Shown here: positions 49,061 to 63,115 of the stretch, one piece after another
Position numbering within the stretch: position 1 is the first letter of the stretch
Layout: every line of letters begins with the position of its first letter
Assembly (NCBI GenBank): GCA_965603825.1
Contig: CBFDEM010000048.1
Span: forward strand, 186,001 to 250,000
Direction of reading: 5' to 3'
Source: Blepharisma stoltei ATCC 30299
Taxonomy: Eukaryota > Protista > Ciliophora
Length of the DNA: 64,000 nucleotides
The notes under the pieces: generated by a model
Told to the model about the DNA's origin: nothing
The model's input: the letters and a program-made list of their open reading frames with translations, nothing else
The model's database searches: none
Program-made: the position numbers and the translations under genes

Positions 49061-52000
49061 CTATTCGAGATCCTCTTCGGTAATTTCGGGAAGTTTAATA
49101 CTCTCAATTATACGATTCATTTCAGTTGGACTGGTTGGGATAATATCGTCAAGATTTGCAACTTTTTTAGAATTTTTTCTACTTAATTTAGCATGATCTT
49201 CGTTTGGCAGGTCCGAGGTATTTTGGATTTCTTCTTCAGGGAATCAATTATTCTCAATTATATTATTCATTTCAGCTGAATTGGCTGGACTTACATCAAG
49301 ATGTGCGACTTTTCTAGAATTTTTTCCATTTAGCTTATCATTATCTTTGTTCGGTGAGTTTCTCCGAATTCCTTCTTTTATTAATTCATAGCATGTTTTT
49401 CCAAATATTGCGACTGAAGAAACGGATTGAACTACCATAATTCCTATTGCAATTGCAAATAACGCTAGTTCAAATTGATTATGCATACTTGATGATAAGT
49501 CAAAGAGGTTCGCAGATATTAATCCCATAAAAATCATGATTAAAATTTCAGTGATGGTATTTGCAATTTGAAGAATAAACTCTTCGTAAGGTCGGTATCT
49601 GATCAAATATATAACGCTTACAACGGACAGCCCAGTGCTAATTATAACTTGAGATGCTGGATAGTCATCAAGCTGAGTCAAAATTATAATATAGATAAGC
49701 CTTCTTACAAAAAATAAAGAATAGTATTGAGTGCTCATCAGTCCTTGGTCATTTTTGAACTCATAAAAGAATGAACTCCAAAGCTTTTCAAAGCCTTTTT
49801 CTCTTTCTTGGATTTTTGGTAAGTTTTTATAAGAGAACATAAAAAATAATGCAGGAGAAATCGAAGCAAAGATCTAAATAAATTTTACAAAAACTCCAAG
49901 ACACATTAATGTATTTGTACCCTGGGTTGCATTTCCGAATGAAAACTAAATAAAGCTTACATTCAATAATCCAATAAGTGCTGAAGCACTAATATCTAAA
50001 TAGCTTTGTATTCAAAATCTGACAAATACTGACCACTTATAATTTTTTATTAACCCAGCTAGCTTTCTAGCCAAGTATCTGTGAGAACAGCGTGATAAGA
50101 AATAAATTACTGGAAGTGACGCTATAATGGCTCCAAGTGTTGTTAAGGCACTTCCAGAATTCAATAAAAGCAAATCAGTATCGTATCCATATTTCTTGGC
50201 TTGGGCATATGGTTCTGTTCCTTGATCTTCATCAATTATTAATTCGAATAAATTTGGTAAATAGTAATTGCCATTCAAACTTATAATGAAAGCATATAGT
50301 GACTCGCTCATTGGAATTTTGGTAAGGCCTAAGTATGAGATATAATTTAGAGTATTCAGCATACTCCATAAGCAAGCTGGATTAGGATTGATAAATGAAA
50401 CCGCTAGCGAAGTTCCAACAATTGACTGAACTGCAGCTGTTGTTTGGCTAGTAATTGCACCGGCTTCTTGACTACTTGAATATGGATTATAATGATAGAG
50501 AATTCCTTCCAGAGTATCGTTTTTAGGCAGCGCATTTGTTTCTGATACAAAATATGCTAGATTTATGAATTTTACAATTATTGGGGTTTTGCTATCAACT
50601 TCAACAGAAAAATTCATTGAAACGTTATAAAATTTACTATTTAATTTTTCCACTGTCCATGAATAGTCTGATAAAGAAATACCTCCAACACTTATATATA
50701 GCTCATTTTGAGTAATATTATTCATAAGATTTTGAGAGAATGTAAGGTTTAAGGAATTATCAGCATTGACGGATAATTTTGCATCAAAATAAACTTCATC
50801 ACAATTAGTTCCATTATACCCAGCTTTGCAAATGCATGAATTATTGTTCAATAACTCAGCTCTATCTATGCATGTATAGCAACGAGATGAATCAAAACAA
50901 GATGTACATTTATTTGGACAGTTTTTACAAATTCCGTTGATTGAATACTGATTTGCATCACATCGTGTGCATGCTTCTTGAGTTTTATTTAAAAAATATC
51001 CGTTATTGCATATGCATTCCCCAGATGACAAATAAGCGTTTGTCTTGCACTGAAGGCAGGATCTAGCGATAAAATCGTTGCAAACGCTGCAGAGGACATT
51101 GCTACATAAATTACAAGATTTATCATACCTTGCACAACCAACAGCTGAACACGTATTATTGCAAGAAGAACATTGCGCTCCATCCCAGTATTCAGAAATC
51201 TTACAGCTAGGAATGCAATCTCCCGAATTATCAACAGGACATAAAGAGCATTGAGTACAGGAATTTGAGAATAAAGAAGAAAAATCAACAATTTTATTCC
51301 TGATTTTCAGATCCCAAAGAAATCCAGAGAAGTAATTGCTTAGAGTTAAGTATGACAAAAATGATGAGCCAATTGTAATTTTAAAAGAGTCTTGCATGTC
51401 TTCAAATCAAGAAGTGCCTAAATCACTTGACACATCTAGAACTGAGTTTATGCTGAATGAAATTATTTGGGATGGAGTTGCTGAAATGTCTGAGGAAACT
51501 ATCAACAAGTTTCATTGATTTTGATTAAGACTTCTTGCACTTGTGTACATAACGGTTGATCCGTCATTTAACTTTATTTTCAATGAAGGGTTTCAGGATG
51601 ATAAGCTGAGCTTAAAAATCTGGGAAACAGATATAGAATTTGACTGCTTTGCAAATAAATCGCAAGAGGCCGCAGCAGGGTTAAGCCAAATTGAAATAGT
51701 GAATTTAGGTGCAAGAATTAGGGCTTTAGGAGATGAAGTGATACTCATATAAGATTTTCCATTGAAATAGTATCCTCGATATTGGGCTGCGTAAGGATCT
51801 GTGGATTTATAGTTTGGATAGAAACTTTTATCGCTTCCTGTGCTTGCAACAATACTAGATTGAAGATCAATAACTTCATCTTTAATTTGGCTTGGCCTCA
51901 AATTATAGACATATGCATCTGATGAATCTATTATGCACGTGTTTGCTGATTTTGAATATCCAGTTGGACAATATCCGATGCATAAATTTTCGAACAGATA

Positions 52001-55000
52001 ACGAGTGCTTGAGCATGAAATACAGCCAGCTCACGTTGGGATGGAGCATAAAGCACATGCACTGTTGCAAGGCTCACAACTCTCTGATGTATCAGAATAT
52101 GCAGCATTTGGATTACATTGGCAAGTCGTTCCTGAAAGACTTGCATTTGATATGCAGCTGAGGCAAGCTCCAGTAAAAGAATTGCAAGATAAACATTCTT
52201 TGGCTTTGCAAAGCCTGCATGTTGAACCTCTCACGCAGCCATAATTGCATGTCGTTCCTTTACATGGAGAGCAAGAGGCTGGATATGTATTTAAGCTGCA
52301 TTCACTTAAGCAGGTTAAATCTGCAGGACAATGTGAGCAGCCATTACATCCTGAAGTAACCCAATCAGTTATCGCATAACTATTGTCATTATATATGTGC
52401 AGATTCCAAACATATCCTTTAAAGCCATTTGCAAATGCTTGATCTGTACCTAAAATTAAGCTTCCTGAAGTACTATCCCTGAGAAAGCTTTGGGATCCTG
52501 ATATTTGAGTGTTAACAGAAACGCCATTATAATAGCAGATAATCTTTGTAGTGCCATCACTTAAAATTTCCCCAGAAAATGATAAAAATCTCCAAGAACT
52601 AAAAATGCTTGAAGCTCCTGAGACTGAAATCGTCGTTCCCGCAAATAGTTTTATTGTAAGCGTTGGAATTCCGCCTGCAAAAGATATCGAAAGATACACT
52701 GAAGTATCGTATTTTGTTAAAAAGTAGCCATCATTTAATCCTTTTACCCAAGAAGATAGGGAAAAATAAGGACTAAACTTTAAGCTGGAAGTCATATAGC
52801 TTGTACCTGTAAAGTAATACCCTCTTTGAATAGCTGGAATAGGATCATAATTATCCCAGCTGGGATAAGTATTTGTACTGTCACTCCCAACAGTAAACCC
52901 ACTTACAGTATCAAGACGAAGCTGATCAATAAGATTCAAAGACAATGCAAGTGATGAAGATAAGTCACAATTATGAGTAGAAGAGTTTTGAGTATATCCA
53001 GTGGGGCAGCTAGGCTCACAGAGATTGGTTACATAATAATTAGGACTAATGCAAGCTGTGCATTCGTTATAGTTAAACCCATTGCAAGAAGAGCATCCTG
53101 TGCTGCAAATAACACAAGAAAACCCATCTGTTGACAAAGAATACCCTGGATCGCATGAGCATGGAGATCCTGACGCATAGGTAACGCAACTTGTGCAAAG
53201 ATTTGATCCAAACCCTGTGCATACGCTGCAGAGTTTATCATCACACACATTGCATGATTTTGCCCTTACGCAGCCTTTAGAGCAACTATTGCAAAGAGAG
53301 CATGATCCTCCAGTGTCTTTATAGGATCCAAAACCGCAAGCCCATAAGCAATCGCTTCCATTTCCTGTTCCGCAAATATCATTATTTACATGAGAACTGA
53401 AGTCAGTAATAGGACTATTCCACAGATTGAAATTATAAATAAACCCAGCGAAGCTTGAAGAAGTACTTTTGCCAATTAGAATAGTCTGAGAAATAATGTC
53501 TCTAAAAATATAGTTGGCTGCACTGCTTGGAGTTCCTGCAATGTTATTTATGTATACTGTAGCTGTGGTGGAACCTGAAGAGTATGCTATAGTTATTGAA
53601 TAGTATGACCAGCCTGAAGAGCTTATCACTCCAGTAGTAACTGTTGCTGTAGCTAAGCTTGGGCTTTCTAATATAATTGTTGCAGCACCGCTAGAATTGA
53701 TAATTAATCGGTTTTGTTTTTCAAATAAATCTCCTGCAGTTTCAACATAAGCCCAAAATCCAAGAGAAAAACTATAAGATAAATAAACATCAATGTTTGA
53801 TTCTAAATATTTTCCGCTCGAAAAATAGAGCCCTCTGCTCTTTGCAGGAATGGGATCGTTGGTTTCAGGAGTGTTAAAAAGCTGATAAAGCGATGAGCTT
53901 GCAGCTGTTGTGAATATTCCGTAAGATCCTGCAAAATTCTGGTCAAAAGATTGAGTTATAACTTGAGAAGTAACACTCGAACAGCCTGCTCCAAAGCCAT
54001 AAGGACACTCGAGTAAGCAAACATTTCCTACTAGAATTTTGCTAGCTATACAAGTACTACAGAGAAAATAGTATGATCCTGCGCATTGAGTGCATAAAGA
54101 ATCACAATATTCGCAGGTCTGAGAAGATTGAACCCAAATAGCATTGGAATCACAGGCACAAACTCCGCTGGCTAAGGTGGCTCGGTCTATACAGCTTGTG
54201 CATGGCCCATCAAATAATGTGCATTCCTTACATTCTTTTTGCAAGCATAGCCTGCAAGTCAGAGAACTCCTACATCCATAAGGTGAACAAGATCCAGAAC
54301 AGGTTACACATACAGATGAATAAAATGACCCAAAATCACAATTGTCAGGGCATTTTAGCTCAGAAGGACAATTGGAGCATGATCCTATGCAGCCAGATGT
54401 CTTTCACTCATCAAGGGAATGACTGTTTTCATTAAATATTTTTACGCTCCATAAAAATCCGGTAAAGCTGTTTGCCCCATTAGAATGTCCAAGATATAAT
54501 GATCCAGCGTCAATAAAAGGTGACATATTTGTAGATTGCTGGCTCGATATTAATGATCCATCTGTGTAGAAAAATATTTTGGTCTTTCCACTTACAATGT
54601 CACCAGTAAAAGCTATATTGTGCCAGCTATTGAATAAATCAGAGGACCCTGACAGTGTAACTGTGGATGAATCTTGAAGAATTAAGGTAATTGCTGGGTA
54701 CTTTGAAGACGTGAACACAATTTTAAACATCTCGGTAGATCCATTCAGCTTAAGAAAAAGGTTGCCTTGAAGTGTTGGCTTTACCCACATTGTGACTGTA
54801 TAAAAAGGACTGATTTTTAAAGAGCTCAAAGACATTGATGATGCACTGGTAAAATAATAGCCGCGGTTAATAGAAGGCACAGGGTCAGCTGAATCTGTTC
54901 ATGAGGGATATGTGTTTGAGTTAGAAGATCCGACTGTAAAACTACTAACTGCGTCAAGATTAATTAAATCTTCCAAAGCAAGAGATGCAGCAGTGCTTGA

Positions 55001-58000
55001 AGACATAGTGCATAGGTGGTTAGTTGAATCTTGGGTGTATCCAGTTGGGCATGAGCTAAGGCAAAGCCCACTTAAATAGAAATAGCTTGCTAAGCAGGAA
55101 GTGCATTGATAATATAATGGTCCCGAGCATCCAGCACATCCAGTGGAACAACTAAAAGTACAAGAAAAACCATCAGCTGAAAGAGAATAATTGGCATCGC
55201 ATGAGCAAGGAGTTGTTAATCCACCAGATGCATGATTGACACACAAAGTGCACAAATTGGCTCCAAAACCTGAGCATTGAGAACATAAGGGGTCATAGCA
55301 GATATTGCATGATCCAGCTCTTCTGCATCCTAAACCGCTACAACTGCATGATGCACAAGATGACGAAGCATAGTATTGTGCTATAGTGCAAGACCAAAGG
55401 CAGGAAGTGACTAAGCTTGTACCGCATGGGACAGAAAACTTAGATGAAAAATCAGTGATTGCAGTATTTCATAAACTAAAGTAATAAATAAAACCAGAAA
55501 AATTAGAAGAAGAGCTCTTGCCGATGTATAAATAATCAGAGCCTGCATCTCTGAAAATGTAAGCTGTATTCGAGAGTGTTGTTCCAGCAGAACCATTTTT
55601 ATAAGCTGTAATAGTTGTTGCTCCGCTTGTATAAGTAATCGTAAAAGAGAGATAAGTTCATCCTGAAAATGCTGATAAAGCTGTAGTCGTTGCTGATGTA
55701 GTAGATTGAGATGGATTTTCTAGAGTTGCCTTAACAACTCCAGATGAGCTAAATGAGAGTCTGGTTTGTTTTTGAAGGATATCCCCTGCACTTATCACAT
55801 AAATCCATAACCCCATAGAAACACTGCTGCTTAAATATATGTTTGTATTTGATACTAAAAACTGCCCGCTCGAAAAATAGAGACCTCTTTTATAAGCAGG
55901 AACAGGATCTGTACTGTCTGGATTATTCCAAAATTGATAAGTAGTGTCTGAGTTTGATGTCTTAAAAATCCCATAAGCCCCTAAAAAGTCGGTGTCAAAT
56001 GTTTGATCTATAACTGTGGTTGATATACTTGTGCACGACGCACTTGTAGAAAATCCATATGGGCAAGCGTTTAAGCAAACATTTCCTGCAAGCACTGCAG
56101 AACCACTACAAGCACTGCAAAGGAAATAATAAGTTCCAGCACAAGTTGAGCACAAATTATCACACGATTCGCATGTTAAAGTTGAAGAAACTAAAAATTT
56201 GCCAGAATTGCAAGAGCAAACCCCTCCTGACAAGCTAGCATTTGTAATACAAGCTGTGCAGGCCCCATCAAATAAAGTGCATGCTGTGCATTCCTTATAC
56301 TTACAAAGTACACAAGTATCAGTGCTTCTGCATCCGTGAGGAGAACAAGATCCAGGGCATGTTGTGCAAGTCCCAGAAGCTGAAAACGATCCAAAAACGC
56401 AAGTATCTGGGCAGAGCTTTTCAGAAGGGCAAGTGGAGCACCCACTCGGGCAGCCAGTTGTGATTCATTCGTCATTATAATGTGTATTTCCGTTAAATAT
56501 TTTTAAGCTTCATAAAAATCCAATGAACCCAAAGGATCCATTTGACATGCCCAAGGACAAATATCCCGAGTCAGCAAATGGAGATGCAGTCCCTGAAACT
56601 TGGTTTGACTTTAGTACTCCATCAGTATAAAAGTAAATTTTTGTATTTCCACTTACAATGTCTCCGGTATAAGCAATATTGTGCCAAGTATTAAACAAAC
56701 TTACCCCTCCACTTAATGTAACTACAGAAGAATCTGAGAGCCTTAGCGTTATTGTTGGTTGTCCTGAAGCTTCAAAAGTAATTTTGAACATGTTATTAGA
56801 CCCATCGAGCTTAAGAAGCAAGATACCTGAACCTGCTGCCTTTACCCAAATTGTAACAGTAAAGAATGGAGTGATGATTATTGGGGAGGTCATAGACATT
56901 GATGCTGAAGTTGTAAAATAATAGCCTCGATATATTGAAGGCACAGGGTCTGCTGAGTCTGTTCATGATGGATAAGTATTAGAGCTTGAGGAACCAACAG
57001 TAAAACCACCGACACTATCAAGCATAATATAGTTTTGTAAGGCAAGGGAAACAGGAGTGCTGGAAATTAAAGTGCATTGGTTGTTTGTGGAATCTTGAGT
57101 ATATCCAGTTGGGCATGATGTAAGGCAAAGCCCATTTAAATAGTAGTAGCCTGTTGCACAAGCTGTGCATTGGTAATATCCTGATCCTGAGCAGCTAGCA
57201 CATTGAGCTTTGCATAAAAAAAGGCATGAAAAACCATCTGCCGAAGTATAATAGTTGGCATCACATGAGCAAGCAGTTGTTGATCCTCCAGAAGCATGGG
57301 AAACACACAGGTAGCATGAATTAGATCCAAAGCCAGAACATTTAGCACATAGAGGATCGCTACAAATATTACAAGATCCTGATCTTCTGCATCCTAAATT
57401 TCCACAGCTGCTACCACTGCATGATGTATATGACGACGTGCCATAGTATTGAGTAATAGAGCAAGTCCAGAGACAAGCAGAAGGGGAGCTAGTAGTTCCG
57501 CAAGGTACAGAAATTTTAGATGAAAAATCAGTGATTGCAGTATTTCATAAGCTGAAGTAATAAATAAAGCCGACAAAGCTAGAAGATGTTGAGCTTTTAC
57601 CGAGATATAAAATATCAGAAGATAAATCCCTGAAAAGATAAGCTGTATTTGAAACTGGTGTCCCAGCAGATCCATTTTTATATGCGGTAATTGTTGTTGC
57701 TCCGCTTGTATAAGCAATTGTAAAAGAGAGATAAATCCACCCTGAAAATGACAAAGATGCAGTTGATGCTGATATTGTAGATTGAGATGTACTTTCTAGA
57801 GTCGCCTTCACGACTCCGGCTGAGCTTAGTGATAGTCTGCTTTGTTTTTGAAGGATATCGCCAGCAGTCACCACATATACCCATAATCCCATTGATACAC
57901 TGTTGCTTAAATAAATGTTCGTATTTGATACTAAATATTGTCCACCAGTGAAATAGAGACCTCTTTTATAAGCAGGAATAGGATCCAACGATTCAGGACT

Positions 58001-60454
58001 GTTCCAAAACTGATAAGTAGAAGCCGAAGTTCCAGTGGTGAAAATCCCATAAGCCCCTAAAAAGTCGGTGTCAAATGTTTGATCTATAACAGTGGTTGAA
58101 ATACTTGTGCATGATGGACTTGTAGTAAACCCATATGGGCAAGCATTTAAACAAACATTTCCTGCAAGAACTGCTGAGCCACTACAAGCATTGCAAAGGA
58201 AATAATAAGTTCCAGCACACGTTGAGCATAGGCTGTCACATAGTTCGCATGTTGAGGTTGCAGAAGCCCAAATAGTATTAGAATTGCAAGAGCAAACCCC
58301 TCCTGACAAGCTAGCGTTTGTAATGCAAGCTGTGCAATCCCCATCAAATAAATTACACGCTGTGCATTCTTTATATTTACAAAGTCTGCAAGTATCAGTA
58401 CTTCTGCATCCATAACTAGAGCATCCAGAGCATGACACACAAGATCCTGAAGATAAAAACGTTCCAAAAGCACAAGTACTAGGACAAAGTAATTCTGATG
58501 GACATTTCGTGCATCCACTCGCACATCCAGATGTTTTTCACTCAGAATTATAAAGAGTATTATCATTATAAATTTTAACACTCCATAAAAAACCTACAAA
58601 CCCATTCGAGTATGATTGCCGTCCAATATAAAGTGTTCCTTGGTCGATATAGGGAGATGCATTAGCTGAAGTAGCACTATTTATGGATGACCCATCAACA
58701 TACAAAGTTATAACTGTCTTTCCATTTGTATCAATTTTACCTGTAAACGCTATATTATGCCATGCGCTGAATAGGCTTGTGGAGCCTGAAAGAGTGACTG
58801 TAGAAGTATCCTTGAGAATAAGCTTAAGAGATGGGTAGCCACTGGAATTAATAGACAAATAAAAATAATTGTCAGTACTGTACTTTGTTACGACATGACC
58901 AGTTCCTGAAGCCAAGTTTGAAGGATTTATCCATATAGTGATTGCGAAATAAGGGGATATTTGTAGAGAGGACAATGTCATATAATAATCAGCTGTAAAG
59001 TAATAGCCTCTATAAATGGAAGGAATTGGATCAGTTGCTTCCCAATTTGGGTATTTGTTTGTATTAGATGACCCTACTGTAACTCCACTGAGAGTGTCAA
59101 GAGCAATTTGATTCTGGAAAACTAATGAGAGAGCATTGGTTGTGGACAGTGAGCAAATTTTGTTAGTCGAATCTTGTGTGTAGCCTGTAGGGCATGAACT
59201 AAGGCACATTGTGGTTAAGAAATAATAGCCTGTTAGGCAAGAGCTACACTGATAATAGCTGCCACCTGTACATCCGGAGCATCCTGCTGGACAGCTTGTA
59301 CAAGTAAATCCATCTGCGCTATAAGACCCTGAGCTGCAAGAGCAAGGATTCGATCCACCTCCCGAAGTATTTGAAGAACAAGTAGTGCATAGTCCTGATC
59401 CTCATCCTGTGCATACCCCACAAAGAGAATCATCGCAGACACATTTATTAGAAGCCATACATCCTTTTGTGCACTGACTCGGACAATCTAAGCAACTAGA
59501 GCCGTTCCAATATTTCTTATAATTACAGCTAACGAAACAAGAGCTTGTTCCAGATCCACAAACAGCACTATATTCTGTTGCTCAGGCAGAGTAGCCTGTA
59601 TTCCAAAATTTAAAATTATAGATTCACCCATTATAATTACCATTTGGCCCTTTTCCGAGAATAAGTGTTTGACTCCCTGCATTATATCATCTGAAAAGCT
59701 GGTTACTAGTTGTTACTGTGTTATCAGCGGCGCTATTCAAATATTGAGTCATCGTCGTAGACCCAGCTGAAGAAGAAAATGTAATTGTATATGAAGCAAA
59801 GTATCAGGTAGTGCTACTAATTATCACTAAATTCTTTGAATCGTTTACTAACGAGCCTTGAGTTCCTGATTTTGTTTCTAGCTTAAGTCTAAGCCCGCCC
59901 TGAGTGTTAACCCTCAGTATTTCAGTTCCACTTCCAGGCTTCAAATATAAAAGATCTTGGCTTGAACTAGGACCGATTGTCTTTATTCACATGCAAAAAG
60001 CTATCTCATAATTTGGATAAAATGTACCATCAGTTGATAAATATTGGCCAGTTCCATCGAAATATAATCCTTGTTGATAAGATGGTATTGGGTCGACACT
60101 TTCTGGACTCCAAAAAAATTGATAAGTTGACGAGCTCGTCCCTGTTATAAAAGGACCGTATTGACCGCTAAAAGTATTTTGGTTAAAGGTCACATCAACT
60201 ACAGCATTTGTAGTAGATGTGCAAGGACTTGTAGAAAAACCATAAGGACAGTTAGGCAAGCAAATACTATTAAGTATAACTGTTGTGCCCGGGGAAGTTT
60301 TGCATGTTGTGCAAATAAAAGAGACGCTTCCCGCGCAGCTAGAACAGAGGTCTGGGTCGCATGATGTGTCACTTTTGACAAATGAGAGATAGCATGACAA
60401 GAAAAAAACTATCTTGAGTCAGTGCTTTGAAGAGAAGATTTTATATTCTCCCAT
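49061..60454 (-). CDS. Giant surface protein (~3787 aa): signal peptide, alternating LamG-like and furin-like Cys-rich modules, C-terminal multipass domain
   Basis: Eleven ORF fragments share one frame, joined by TGA=Trp and introns 49874-49888 and 49946-49960; repeated DPIP..RG(L/Y)YF...F.GF(I/L)W/Y modules and CxxC tracts; TAG at 49061. Not every gap between fragments was translated by hand. Confidence 0.85.
49874..49888 (-). other. 15-nt spliceosomal intron
   Basis: GTAAAATTTATTTAG; in-frame TAG. Confidence 0.88.
49946..49960 (-). other. 15-nt spliceosomal intron
   Basis: GTAAGCTTTATTTAG; in-frame TAG. Confidence 0.88.
52140..60390 (-). repeat. Intragenic tandem repeat, about four ~2.07-kb units (boundaries approximate)
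   Basis: For example, identical 50-mer at 55965-56014 and 58041-58090 (offset 2076). Confidence 0.8.
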
Positions 60455-61810
60455 TAAAGTTTATAAAAACCAGCACAATTTTACTATTTAAGTCTATAAT
60501 CGTCAAGAAAAATCTATCATCTGATATTTAGTGGTAATATTGATGCATTTTAATGTAATAAAAATTTCATAAAATTATTGTATTTATTGCTTGATCTTTA
60601 TGAACTTAAATATTCAAAATAATACCTAAATAAAGTAGAAAAAAAAGCTAAATGCTAATTAAATATATAATTGTAAATTCTTTAAATAATTAAATTATCC
60701 TATACTAAAAAAATTAAATCGATTTTGATTATACAGATAAGTTTATGTGCTAAAAAGAAAAATGCATCACAAAAAGGCATTTTATGATTAAAAAGCTGAA
60801 TGAATTGCTGATTTTCAGCTAATAGGTTAAAGCTCAAGGAAATTAATAAAAACTTTTTTCTCACTAGGCAAATAATAAGTTGCTTGTTATTCATTTTTGG
60901 AATATATTTAATTTCATCAATTTATTCAATAATTTTTGTTCGACAAAGAAAATAAAGTTTGACCTATTAGTTTATTTTCATAATAATCAGCAGCATTACT
61001 TGCTTTTAAATAAAAAGCATGAATCAATTAGCTTTAATAAATAGCCATAATAAATTCTTTGCTTTGGTATTTCTTTATCTGAGCAAATTAAATGAAATAA
61101 GTATAATAAGCATCACAAAGTAAAAATAATTTTTTTTTATTTTTTAAAGGAAGAAATAAGATCACTTTAATCAACTCCAATTTTATATTTCATAGCTAAA
61201 CAGCTTAATTGATATTTACAGTCTTTAAATTAGGGATTTTTCCAATGTTTTAATTTTTATTATTTCTCAATGGAACTTTTAAAAATAATAAAATTTATGA
61301 TTATATTATTCCATAATTATATATTTTCTGTAAATGAAATAAAGTTTCACTATTAGTCTGGTAAAATATTAAAGGAAGATATTTCCAGATAATTTTAGAA
61401 CTTTTGATTAGTTTCTTTGTCTGAAAAATAGCAAAATTGTTTTAAATCTCATTAAAATAAATGAGAGGCTTTTTCTTGCCAATTTTATTAGTTATGCATT
61501 TGGGCTAAATCTGAGATTAAAATATCAGCTTTGTTTCAGCAGAATTTGGATGGTTACAAAATTTCAACTTCCTGTCAGAAACCCTTCGAGAACTAGAGTT
61601 TTTTCAATATAAATTTTAAAAATTCGACTAAAATCCCCAAGAACCTTCTTACTATCAAAATGTCAGTTCAAATGTGCGTTTAGTCAATATTTCTATCATA
61701 TGTTTTTATCATATCTACCAATTTTAACAAGTTAAGTAATAATGATTTTATCTAAAATATTATAAATGTGATAAGTATAAGTATACTGAGATATTTAATT
61801 CTAAGAAAAT

Positions 61811-62563
61811 ATGAGAAATTTGAGATTCTCCTCCAAACTTTTGCTTCCAGCAGCCACAGTCATTATATGCACTCTAACTCTCCCTTACGCCGCTCTTGGA
61901 TACAAAGGTGACACTAAATGAGTAGACTGAGTACGAATTTTTATATTTATTTTTGGATTGCTAAGTGGAGCATTATATACAATATACACAGCAGTTTTAA
62001 AGCTAAAACACTTTAAAATCCCATCTATTCTGTCCTTTATTGTAACTGGGATTTTAAGTCTTTTTTATATTATCTTTGACTCAGCAAAATCATCTTTAAA
62101 GCTATGCAGTTGGCGTGATGAGTACTGTATGCAATCTTTATCTTCAACATGCAAAAATGCAGATACCAAAGATCTATATGCCTCCTTTCTTTATATTACA
62201 GGGCTATTCCTCTCCTTAACAATAAATGTATTTTATATTCAGACAATTGCTGTGTCTAATTTTTTCAGGCAAAGACAAAAACTTTCATCTGTAGCATGTG
62301 AAAGGGTTAATGAAACACAAGAGGACTCCACAACTTCAATAGCTGAACAGAAAACTATAAAAAAGTTTTTTGCGGGTAATAATCAAGAAACTCTTACAAT
62401 AAATGACACAATAGTATTGGATAACTCTGTAAATGCTGCTGATGATAAAAAGGTATATGAAAATGTCAATGCACAACATCGCACAGCTAAGCTGAGCTTC
62501 AAGAAAATAGCGTTCGATAAAGGCCTCAAAATAAAATCAGCAAATATTGTGATTGGTGTGTAA
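61811..62563 (+). CDS. Probable four-TM membrane protein
   Basis: ATG 61811 in frame via two TGA; four hydrophobic segments with a Cys-containing loop. Confidence 0.7.
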
Positions 62564-63115
62564 TTTTATATAAGAATTAATAGTTTGCTACTGAGTTATC
62601 AGATACCTAATCATTTTTAGATTCATTATTAAGATAAACTTGGGTTTGACATATTAGAGAATATAATTAAAGCTTCCAAATTTTATAAAATCTTTTATAA
62701 ATGCAGACTTATTTGTCATTTAATTGTGCATCAGACCAATGACTCCAATTTTATACAATTAATAAGCTCTGTAATTAAAGAATAAAAGAGCTCTAATAGA
62801 TAACTACAAAATATTTGCTATTAAAGTTTGGAGAGAATAATGGAACCTGCATAATTTTTGCAGAAGTTCTTAAAGCTTTAAAACTGCAAGATCTAATAAG
62901 AGATAAATTTTAACTATACTTTCCATTCCACAATAGTGTTATAAGATTAAAGTGTGGTTCTGCGATCTTTGATTTTATATTTATTTAACTACGATTTCTA
63001 TTCCTATGTGGATTAAATTTTAATCAACCATTAAATCATACAAGTTTAAAATCTTCTCTTTAAGATTCCAATTCACAACAATTAATTGAAAAATATCAAC
63101 GTCATTATAATAAGA

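Noticed and set aside
44031-60454. Fragmented ORFs read as pseudogenes or many small genes
   Set aside because: Fragments share one frame and break only at TGA in Trp positions or at 15-nt introns
60460-61800. Long AT-rich spacer as a retained IES or transposon
   Set aside because: No terminal inverted repeats or transposase remnants seen; cannot be judged without germline/somatic read comparison
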